From Candidatus Latescibacterota bacterium (GTDB lineage Bacteria > Latescibacterota > UBA2968), in the NCBI GenBank assembly GCA_965204745.1, contig OZ242010.1:4928001-4992000 (forward strand): 64,000 nt of DNA, in the 5' to 3' direction. The translations under genes and the position numbers were made by a program. The notes beneath the pieces were generated by a model. That model was not told the DNA's origin and made no database searches. It was given only the letters and a program-made list of their open reading frames with translations. Each line of letters starts with the position of its first letter. Within the stretch, counting starts at the first letter, position 1. This document shows, in pieces, positions 20,987-29,199 of the stretch.

Positions 20987-22888
20987 ATGGCTTATATCGA
21001 CTCTTTGTTCGACCGGTATTTTTTGGAGCACGCCTCTTATGTCGTCAAGGACCGCGCGATTCCCGACATTGACGACGGTCTCAAACCCGTGCAGCGGCGG
21101 ATTTTGCACGCGCTCAAAGAGCAGGACGACGGCAAGTTCCACAAGGTTGCCAATGTCGTGGGGCAGACGATGAAGTATCACCCGCACGGCGACCAGTCCA
21201 TTTACGGCGCGCTGGTTCATCTGGCGAACAAGGACCTGTTCATCGAGAAGCAGGGCAATTTCGGCAACATCTTTACCGGCGACGAAGCCTCGGCCGCGCG
21301 CTACATCGAATGCAGGCTCACGCGGCTCGCCAAAGACGTGCTCTTCAACCCGGAAATCACCGAGACCGTGGAATCCTACGACGGGCGGAACAGGGAACCG
21401 GTCGCGTTTCCGGCCAAAATCCCGGTGTTGCTCGCGCAGGGCACAGAGGGCATTGCGCCGGGTATGACCACGCGGGTGTTGCCCCACAACCCGATTGAAT
21501 TGTTGCGCGCCCAAATCGCGTACCTCAAAGGCAAAGCCTTTCGGGTCTTTCCGGATTTTCCAACCGGCGGGTCGGTCGATGTCGCCGAATACGCGGATGG
21601 CAATGGCAAAGTGCGCGTGCGCGCCAAACTCGACACGCAAAACCCCAAGCGCATTGTCGTGCGCGAATTGCCCTTTGGCGCGACCTCTGAATCCCTCATC
21701 GCGTCCATTGAAAACGCCGCGCGCAAAAACAAACTCAAAATCGCGGGCATCAGCGATTACACGGGCGAGCGGGTCGAGATTGAAATTCGCTTGGCCCGAG
21801 GCGTCCACGCCAAGGATACGGTGGACGCGCTCTACGCTTTCACGGATTGCGAGCAGGCCATCGGCACCCATGCCCTGGTCATCAAGGAGAACCGCCCGCA
21901 CATCGCCACGGTCAGCGATATACTCAAGCACAATGCGGACCGCACGGTCGAGATTCTCACCGCGGAACTCAAAATTGAGCAACGGCAAGTGCGCGACAAA
22001 TTGCACATCAAGACCCTCGAACAGGTCTTCATCGAAAACCGCATTTACCAAGCCATTGAGGACATTGCCAACTCGACCGACATGCGCCGGGCCGTGCGCG
22101 ACGGGCTTTTGCCCTTGCAATCGAAGATCAAGCGCAAGGTCAAAGATGAAGACCTCGACGCGCTCTTGCAAATGCCCATTCGCCGGATTTCGCGCTACGA
22201 CCTCGCCAAAGCCAAGCGCGAGATGCGCGAGATGCGCGCCCGCCTCCGGGAACTCAAGGCCAATCTCGACACCATAACCGGCTTTGCCATTGGCTTTCTC
22301 GAATCCCTGATCGACCAGTACAAAGACCAGTACCCTCGCCGCACCGAAGTTGCGACCTTTGATCGGGTGGATGTGCGCGAAGTGGCGCAGCGCAACCTCA
22401 AACTGCGCTACGACAAAAAGACCGGGTACCTCGGCTACAATGTCAATGGCAATGTGCTCATGGATGTGTCGCAATACGACCGCGTGCTCGTCATTCGCAA
22501 GACCGGAACGTATTCCCTGTACGAAGCCCCGGATCGCCTCTTCGTGGATAAAGGCATGCTCTTTTGCGACTTTGTCGATCCCGAACGCGTGTTCACCATC
22601 ATCTACCGGGAGAAGGACACGCAGTACCCCTGCATCAAACGCTGTGTGCTCGACAAATTCATCCTGAACAGGGGCTACGAACTCGTGCCCCCGGACTGCC
22701 GCGTGCTCAAACTGACCACGGACCGCGACATCGCGGTTCACGTCTCGTACAAACCCAAACCCCGCACGCGCATCCGCGAAGGAGCATTCGACATTGAGGA
22801 CTACGCGATCCGCGGCAAAACCACCAAGGGCCTGCGCCTGGCCCGGCACGAGGTCAAAAGCGTCAAGTTCATCAAATCCAAAGCATGA
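20987..22888 (+). CDS. parC: DNA topoisomerase IV subunit A
   Basis: RAIPDIDDGLKPVQRRIL, YHPHGD, AARYIE (catalytic Tyr), PDFPTGG. Confidence 0.92.
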   Translation: MAYIDSLFDRYFLEHASYVVKDRAIPDIDDGLKPVQRRILHALKEQDDGKFHKVANVVGQTMKYHPHGDQSIYGALVHLANKDLFIEKQGNFGNIFTGDEASAARYIECRLTRLAKDVLFNPEITETVESYDGRNREPVAFPAKIPVLLAQGTEGIAPGMTTRVLPHNPIELLRAQIAYLKGKAFRVFPDFPTGGSVDVAEYADGNGKVRVRAKLDTQNPKRIVVRELPFGATSESLIASIENAARKNKLKIAGISDYTGERVEIEIRLARGVHAKDTVDALYAFTDCEQAIGTHALVIKENRPHIATVSDILKHNADRTVEILTAELKIEQRQVRDKLHIKTLEQVFIENRIYQAIEDIANSTDMRRAVRDGLLPLQSKIKRKVKDEDLDALLQMPIRRISRYDLAKAKREMREMRARLRELKANLDTITGFAIGFLESLIDQYKDQYPRRTEVATFDRVDVREVAQRNLKLRYDKKTGYLGYNVNGNVLMDVSQYDRVLVIRKTGTYSLYEAPDRLFVDKGMLFCDFVDPERVFTIIYREKDTQYPCIKRCVLDKFILNRGYELVPPDCRVLKLTTDRDIAVHVSYKPKPRTRIREGAFDIEDYAIRGKTTKGLRLARHEVKSVKFIKSKA

Positions 22889-22915
22889 TCGATCCGCTTC
22901 ATCAGGGAGGCATTT

Positions 22916-22975
22916 ATGAGTCATCCAATTTATCGCATCCTGTCATTCGAAATTAAGGAATCCGCGGCGTTCTAA
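22916..22975 (+). pseudogene. 5' relic of a DUF2442-like (antitoxin-type) gene
   Basis: GGAGG RBS then MSHPIYRILSFEI, resembling DUF2442 N-termini; stops after 19 codons. Confidence 0.45.
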
Positions 22976-22991
22976 AGGATGGAGAAACAGC

Positions 22992-24422
22992 ATGGCAAAT
23001 TCTAACTTGACAGGAGACGCGGGTTGTAAAAACAACACCGCACACAGAGACCTACTCGAAAAGAAATACGCGCATCTGATTACCCACAATCCCCAACTCA
23101 ACAGAACCCTCGTCAGCTTTCAGGCAAACAAAAACACGCCGTATTACCGGTGGTTTAAGTACAAAGAGGGCTTCTCCGCGCAGATGGTTCACTATCTCCT
23201 GAACACCTTGACAGCAAAACGCGGCGCGTTATTGGATCCGTTCTCCGGAACGGGGACCGCGCTGTTCGCATCGCAGGAGTCTGGATGGAAAGCAACCGGC
23301 ATTGAGTTGCTCCCGGTAGGATGTGCGATCACCAAAGCGCGACAGGCCGCGGAGCAGGTGGAACAGAAAGCGTTGCAGAAAGAAATGGAAACCATCCGCG
23401 ACATGGATTTTTCCACGATCAAACCCCATAGCCCCATCAAGCACATCGCGATTACCGAAGGCGCGTTTTCCCAAGAGACGGAAGCGCAACTGAACGGCTA
23501 TCTAACCTATTGCGAAAATCAGATTGAAGCCCCTCACCTCAAAACGTTTCTCCGTTTTGCCGCTTTTTGCATTCTAGAAAAAATCAGCTATACGAGAAAG
23601 GACGGTCAGTATCTCCGCTGGGATTATCGCGCGGGCCGAACCCGAGTCAAATCGAAATTTGACAAGGGAAAAGTCTATCCATTCAAAGAAGCACTGCAAC
23701 TGCAACTCAATCTGATGGTCGAAGACCTGCTTTGCGACGACATGGATCTTTTCAAAAGGGAAAATGCAAAAAAAGAACCGCGCCTCCGGCTGATTCAAGG
23801 CTCTTGCCTCGAAGAACTGTGCAAATTTGACGACGGGTGTTTTGACTTTGTTTTGACCTCTCCTCCGTATTGCAACCGCTATGATTACACGCGCACGTAC
23901 GCGCTCGAACTAATATTTTTGAACAGAGGCGAGGCAGAAGTCAAGCACTTGCGACAACAAATGCTATCCTGCACCGTCGAAAACAAAGAAAAGGTCGAAT
24001 CCCTGAAAACCCAATACGAAAAACGCAAAGCCTTTTTTCAACGGGTCGTTTCCGCTTTCAACAACCACAACGCACTTCAAGAAGTGCTCTATTGCCTGAA
24101 CACATACAAGCGGGAAGGCCAGTTGAACAATGCGAATATCCCGCGCATGGTCGCCAATTACTTCCTCGAAATGGCCTTGGTCATATTTGAAATGGGCAGG
24201 GTGCTCAAGTCAGGCGGAAAGGTCGCTATGGTGAACGACAATGTCAGGTACGCAGGAGAGGAGATCCCCGTCGATCTGATTCTCTCTGACTTTGCAGAGA
24301 CTGCGGGCCTATCTACCAAAAACATCTGGGTCTTGGGAACGGGCAAAGGGAATAGCAGCCAGCAGATGGGCAAATACGGCCGCGCAGAATTGCGAAAATG
24401 CGTGTATGTTTGGGAAAAATGA
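22992..24422 (+). CDS. Site-specific DNA methyltransferase (N4-cytosine type, M.AvaI/M.BsoBI-like)
   Basis: WFKYKEGFS, DPFSGTGT, TSPPY; adjacent to the AvaI/BsoBI-like REase. Confidence 0.85.
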   Translation: MANSNLTGDAGCKNNTAHRDLLEKKYAHLITHNPQLNRTLVSFQANKNTPYYRWFKYKEGFSAQMVHYLLNTLTAKRGALLDPFSGTGTALFASQESGWKATGIELLPVGCAITKARQAAEQVEQKALQKEMETIRDMDFSTIKPHSPIKHIAITEGAFSQETEAQLNGYLTYCENQIEAPHLKTFLRFAAFCILEKISYTRKDGQYLRWDYRAGRTRVKSKFDKGKVYPFKEALQLQLNLMVEDLLCDDMDLFKRENAKKEPRLRLIQGSCLEELCKFDDGCFDFVLTSPPYCNRYDYTRTYALELIFLNRGEAEVKHLRQQMLSCTVENKEKVESLKTQYEKRKAFFQRVVSAFNNHNALQEVLYCLNTYKREGQLNNANIPRMVANYFLEMALVIFEMGRVLKSGGKVAMVNDNVRYAGEEIPVDLILSDFAETAGLSTKNIWVLGTGKGNSSQQMGKYGRAELRKCVYVWEK

Positions 24423-24423
24423 T

Positions 24424-25398
24424 CTAAAGATCGACCAACCAATTCACCAGTGTTTCAATCTGTTTTGGTTTGCATAAATTTGCTACGCCGGTCAGTTTTC
24501 CCTCTTTTAGGCGTTCGATAATTTCTCGAGCCATTGCTACCTCTATAGCAGCACCGATAAAAATCAATTCGGGCACATGCGTTGAAAAACTGCTCGCAAT
24601 TCGATCAAGCGCGGCCCTTGCTGTCTTCCAGTGTTCATCCGCTCCCGCTGGATCGATACCTCCTTTTAATTCTCCACACAGGATGTAATTTTCCTCCTCT
24701 CTTAGCAATGCCCTCATTTCAATCCGTGAGAAAATTGTCCTAGGCGTTCCTATGAGAATCATATCTATATTATTTCCTTTGGAACCGACAAAAGGGCATG
24801 TCGTATTGAAAGCGAGAACTCGCCCCGGCCATTGCAAAGCACTCAGCCCGCTTTCAAGAAGCACTTTGGTATCTGTCCCAAGTAGATTCAAAAAATTAAG
24901 TCTGCTACGCGGCAAATAGCTCACGCCAACACATTTATATTTTGTCTGCATCCGATTCAAAAGATATTCCCCAAATTTGATCTCGGCTTGCCTACCCGTA
25001 TCATTGCGCTTGACGCCTCCGAGTTGATCCCCACAATTCAGGGTATAGCGATACAAAATCGTCTCGGTCACATCCTGCTTAAGCAAGTCTTGCTCCCTTT
25101 CGCTGAGGTGCTGTCTCAACAGTCTTTTTGTTTTTTCGAGACCAATCGCGCTTTTGGCCTTTTCTGTAAATCCCGACGCCCCCATGAGGATTTCCATGAT
25201 CTCCTGGTCTTGTTCCGCTGCATTGAGCAAGTTTGTCAATCCCGGGCCGATATGTTCCAACTTGCTTTTGGCTTTCATGATTCTATCGACAAATGGCGAC
25301 GCCAATTCAAATTGTCTCATGGCCTGCTGAAGAAACCCTTCGGCGATTTCCTCCCAAGTGGTTGTGATCTCCAAAGGATCGCGATAAATGGATTGCAT
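24424..25398 (-). CDS. Type II restriction endonuclease, AvaI/BsoBI family
   Basis: Signature GELKGGIDPAGADEHWKTA and FIGAAIE; convergent with the MTase. Confidence 0.9.
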   Translation of the reverse strand: MQSIYRDPLEITTTWEEIAEGFLQQAMRQFELASPFVDRIMKAKSKLEHIGPGLTNLLNAAEQDQEIMEILMGASGFTEKAKSAIGLEKTKRLLRQHLSEREQDLLKQDVTETILYRYTLNCGDQLGGVKRNDTGRQAEIKFGEYLLNRMQTKYKCVGVSYLPRSRLNFLNLLGTDTKVLLESGLSALQWPGRVLAFNTTCPFVGSKGNNIDMILIGTPRTIFSRIEMRALLREEENYILCGELKGGIDPAGADEHWKTARAALDRIASSFSTHVPELIFIGAAIEVAMAREIIERLKEGKLTGVANLCKPKQIETLVNWLVDL

Positions 25399-25568
25399 CT
25401 AATTTTCCTCTGTTATGGATGCGGGTGATTTTTTTGATTGCCTATTAACTTGCTGTCTGGTCGTGCGGTCACGTCAAGGATTTTGCAACAGATAAGATAC
25501 AAGAGGCCAAGATCAAATCAATTTAACAAAAAATAAGTCTCCGGTAGTGGGGAAGATCCAGGGGGCAT

Positions 25569-26714
25569 CTAAACGCCTCGCAACGCCTGCTCGAAATCCG
25601 CGCACAAATCCGCTGTGGCTTCGATGCCGACGGCCACGCGGATCAACTCATCGGCAATCCCGGCGGCGGCTCGCGCTTGGGGGGTCAAGCCCGCGTGGGA
25701 GGTTTGCGCGGGGCGGGTAATCAGGGTTTCGACCCCGCCCAGGCTCGGCGCGGAAATGGGCAGTTGCAAGCGCGCGATCACCCCATCGGCAACGCGCCTA
25801 TCGCCCCTCAACTCAAAACTCAACACCCCGCCGCATCCGTCAAACAGCGCGCTCGCCCGGTCGCGCTGCGGATGGCAGGGCAAGCCCGGGTAATTCACGC
25901 GGCACACGGCCGGATGCGCGTCCAAAAACGCGGCCAATGCCTGTGCGTTCTCGTTTTGTTTTTTCACGCGCAACCACAGGGTCTTCATCCCGCGTAGCAA
26001 CAAAAAACAGGCGTGTGGATCCAAACACCCGCCCAAGAGATTCAAGCGATGCGCGATGCGCGTCACCCAATCGCATGTGCCGATCACACAGCCCGCCACG
26101 ATGTCCGAATGCCCATTCAAATATTTTGTGCAACTGTGCAACGACAGGTCAAAGCCCAGTTCCAAGGGCCGAAAATTTACGGGAGACGCAAAGGTGTTGT
26201 CGATCAACGAAACGAGGCCATGGGAGCGGGCAAACGCGACAACGCCCGGCAGGTCTGCCACTTCGAGTAGGGGATTGCTCATGGTCTCCACATAGATGGC
26301 CCGCGTCTCGGGCCGCATGAGCTTCTCCCATGCCTTCGGTTCATCGCCCGGAACAAAATCCACGTCAATGCCAAAGTCACCGATATCGCGTGTCAAAAAG
26401 GAGTGCGTCCCGCCGTAGAGACAATTTTGCGCCAACAGGTGGTCGCCCTTTTTCAGCACGGTCAACAGCGCGGTGGTGATCGCCGCCATCCCGGACGCCG
26501 TGACCAGAGCCGCTTCCCCGCCTGCAATCCGCGCCAATTTCTCGTGCAAGACCCTGTGATTGGGGGTGTTGTTCAGGCGTGCGTATTTGATCTCGTCGTA
26601 AGGCGTATCCCCGCGATGTTCAAACGTGGCACTCTGAAACACGGGCAACGCGACCGCGCCATCGTGTGCTTTGGTTTCCTCACCTGCGTGGATGAGTTGG
26701 GTTTGGATGTTCAT
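25569..26714 (-). CDS. Cys/Met metabolism PLP-dependent enzyme (cystathionine gamma-synthase/lyase family)
   Basis: ASGMAA, YGGT, DNTFASP, HSCTKYLNGHSD, SLGGVETL. Confidence 0.92.
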   Translation of the reverse strand: MNIQTQLIHAGEETKAHDGAVALPVFQSATFEHRGDTPYDEIKYARLNNTPNHRVLHEKLARIAGGEAALVTASGMAAITTALLTVLKKGDHLLAQNCLYGGTHSFLTRDIGDFGIDVDFVPGDEPKAWEKLMRPETRAIYVETMSNPLLEVADLPGVVAFARSHGLVSLIDNTFASPVNFRPLELGFDLSLHSCTKYLNGHSDIVAGCVIGTCDWVTRIAHRLNLLGGCLDPHACFLLLRGMKTLWLRVKKQNENAQALAAFLDAHPAVCRVNYPGLPCHPQRDRASALFDGCGGVLSFELRGDRRVADGVIARLQLPISAPSLGGVETLITRPAQTSHAGLTPQARAAAGIADELIRVAVGIEATADLCADFEQALRGV

Positions 26715-26734
26715 GGTTGTCTCAGAGGTTAGAG

Positions 26735-27425
26735 GTCAGTTGTCAATGCGAATTAAGAGTAGAAAGCGAGTAAGAAGCAAGCCGCGGTCAATCGCCCAAA
26801 GACATGAACGAGTAAGCCATCCTCTGATCGTACCCGAGACGCCCTCGAGAGGTTTGTCTTTTGTTCAATCCAACTGAACAAGGCCGCTATCGGCTGTCGC
26901 ATGCTCGAAACCGCCCGAGAAAAGTCTTTTTCGGCCTCGGTCAGGCTTTCTTGTCCCTTCTTTCGCTTCACCGGCGTCTCGAAGATCAGGTTCTGCTGTT
27001 TGCTAAGCGTGTCTTTTAAGGGCTGATCGGCGTAGATTTTATCGCCGTAGAGGTGGTCATCACGCAAAACGGGTAAGACTTGTCGCAAAGCGGTCAGGTC
27101 ATGCTCTGCTGTGCCTGTCAAGCCGATGTACTCTGCTTTGGGCAGGCCGTTCTCGCGGTCTTGTGCGACCATGTGCAGTTTGGTGCCGTAATACCCCATC
27201 TTTTTGGAGGCGCACCGGCCTTTGCTGGCCAGTTGTTCTTCGGCTACACATGCCTGACCGCTACGTGCCGATTGTGCCATGACAATCGGCATGGAATCCA
27301 CCAAGTAGGTGGGTTCTATGTCATCGGTTGCGGGACTGTCCTTCCTTTAAGGGTGAAAGGGTTGCGCCCTCATGAAAGGACAAGTACGCGATGGATCCAA
27401 CTCTTAATTCGCATTGACAACTGAC
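26735..27425 (-). mobile_element. Internally deleted IS982-family-like element
   Basis: 26-bp perfect inverted repeats at 26735-26760 and 27400-27425 (outer part is heptamer-like). DDE fragment 26753-27304 (VDSMP, YYGTKLH, YGDKIY, MRQPI) lacks its N-terminal region. Confidence 0.8.
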
Positions 27426-27446
27426 AACTGACAACTGACAACTGAC
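27415..27446. repeat. (TGACAAC)n heptamer array
   Basis: About 4.5 copies abutting the IS end. Confidence 0.9.
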
Positions 27447-27454
27447 TCTGGATA

Positions 27455-28015
27455 ATGATGGAAACATCAGCAAACGATCTTCACATTGAACCCGTGCCCA
27501 TTGCGGCACGCGAGCAATTTCGCGCAATGGTCGAGGCGTATTGGCGCGAGGTGATGCCCCATGCCTCGGCGTGTCAATCGCCGGCGGCACGCGATGCGTT
27601 TTTCGAGGAAATATTTACTTGGGCGGGCGGCAATCGGCATCCCCATTGGGTGCTGATGGAGGAACAACCGATAGGGTTTGTGTCTTTTGAAATTGAAGGC
27701 GGGATCGCTCGCGTTCACGACTTTTACGTCATAGCGGAACACCAGCGCAAAGGGTATGGGACGAAAATTGTGGACTGGCTATTCGTCCATTTCGACGAGA
27801 TGGGCATTCGGCAATTAGACCTCCATGTGCGCCGAGACAATCCAAACGCGCTGTTGTTTTGGATGGCTCAGGGCTTTGGTATCGCGGGCTATCGCATGCG
27901 AATGTACCGCGACCCAGAAACGCACACGGCTTACAAAGGCGTCTTGTCTTCGGATTTTGTGGATGCTCACGCTTCAAAAGGAAAGGTGTCATATATCGAC
28001 TCTGCAAGCGTGTAG
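27455..28015 (+). CDS. GNAT family N-acetyltransferase
   Basis: FYV...HQRKGYG acetyl-CoA motif; NPNALLFW..QGF. Confidence 0.85.
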   Translation: MMETSANDLHIEPVPIAAREQFRAMVEAYWREVMPHASACQSPAARDAFFEEIFTWAGGNRHPHWVLMEEQPIGFVSFEIEGGIARVHDFYVIAEHQRKGYGTKIVDWLFVHFDEMGIRQLDLHVRRDNPNALLFWMAQGFGIAGYRMRMYRDPETHTAYKGVLSSDFVDAHASKGKVSYIDSASV

Positions 28016-28503
28016 ATATCGTCATAATCGTACTCCCGACCAATTTTTGGCGTCCAGTACCGACCATGGGCAAGCCAGTGTCTGTAATTGAAAACGCGCT
28101 CCAGAATTGCAATGACAGATGGAGAAATATTCAAATGCCGTTGCCAAAGAAAAAAAATATCCGTTAGCGACACCCGTTGACCTTTCTCCAGATGTACTTC
28201 TCGAAAGGCCCTTGATAGAGGGTCTTTTCGTCTTTTATAGCAACGTTGTAGAAAGTCCATGCGGAAAGCCGCTTCTAAAGCCGCCAAAATGCTCATGGAT
28301 GTGCTCCGTGCGTGTTCTTCGAGAACAGAGGCCATCTCGCGTTCCAATTCCTGCGGCGTATAACCGACAAATCGCTCGGTTATACGAGCGTTGCGAACGG
28401 AAAAGTAGGTTCTCACGGATGCTTCCACGTCGCTGTAATACCGATTGATTTGGGCGAGTTGGAGGTGCTCGCCGGAAAATGTGATTCTTCGCGCATTAGG
28501 CAT
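27967..28503 (-). CDS. Putative HEPN-domain protein
   Basis: Helical; LEAAFR followed by R-x4-H motif YRHWLAHG; start overlaps the upstream gene's stop. Confidence 0.65.
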   Translation of the reverse strand: MPNARRITFSGEHLQLAQINRYYSDVEASVRTYFSVRNARITERFVGYTPQELEREMASVLEEHARSTSMSILAALEAAFRMDFLQRCYKRRKDPLSRAFREVHLEKGQRVSLTDIFFLWQRHLNISPSVIAILERVFNYRHWLAHGRYWTPKIGREYDYDDIYTLAESIYDTFPFEA

Positions 28504-29080
28504 TTGCGACTTCCATGATGGCAGAGAAAAAGGCGTCCTCTTTAAGGTCGATGTACTTGATGTTCGGAGGGCGCGTCGCTATTTTCCAGGCCCATTCCTC
28601 TCCAGGATGTATCGGATCATCCTTTGATGGCTTGGTCTTGGCAAAGTCTTGGTTCACAAAATCGGCTAAAGATCCATCTCGCGCTCCGATATATGTCTCT
28701 TGAACGATGACGCGGGCAGCAGAAGCGGCTTTCGGAACGAGAACAAATTTGACCGTGCCGTGCGGCCCGTGCATGTCCACGCGACCTCTGGCGCCGATCA
28801 GATTGGTCCCGATGGGATCGAAGTGAACTTTGACCGTGCCGATCTGCACCTCGAGTGAGTCCACTTCATAGGTTCCGCTGTACTCCTCGTTGATTTGCTT
28901 TGTGGTCCACGCAATACGCACCTTGTCTCGTTCGATGTATTTCCGAAGAAATCCCTTGACCAACTGGTAAAATTGATCGAGATGACGAATCCAAGTGTCG
29001 CGTTCTTGGGTCCAGTCAGTTGACGGCCTGGCCTTGGCGACCTGTTGGTCCACAAACTCGTCAAAAGATATATCGGCCAT
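28496..29080 (-). CDS. Hypothetical protein coupled to the HEPN gene
   Basis: AAGGAG RBS before MADISFDEFV; PIGTNLIGARGRVD segment. Confidence 0.7.
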   Translation of the reverse strand: MADISFDEFVDQQVAKARPSTDWTQERDTWIRHLDQFYQLVKGFLRKYIERDKVRIAWTTKQINEEYSGTYEVDSLEVQIGTVKVHFDPIGTNLIGARGRVDMHGPHGTVKFVLVPKAASAARVIVQETYIGARDGSLADFVNQDFAKTKPSKDDPIHPGEEWAWKIATRPPNIKYIDLKEDAFFSAIMEVANA

Positions 29081-29199
29081 TGTGATTCTCCTTTCCCTCC
29101 CGCACAACCGCGCGCCTTCGTACAAAAAAACATGGATACACGCGATAGTCAGGGGTGTCCCGTCTAGCTCGTATCCATGTTTTTTTTGAGACCCGCGGG

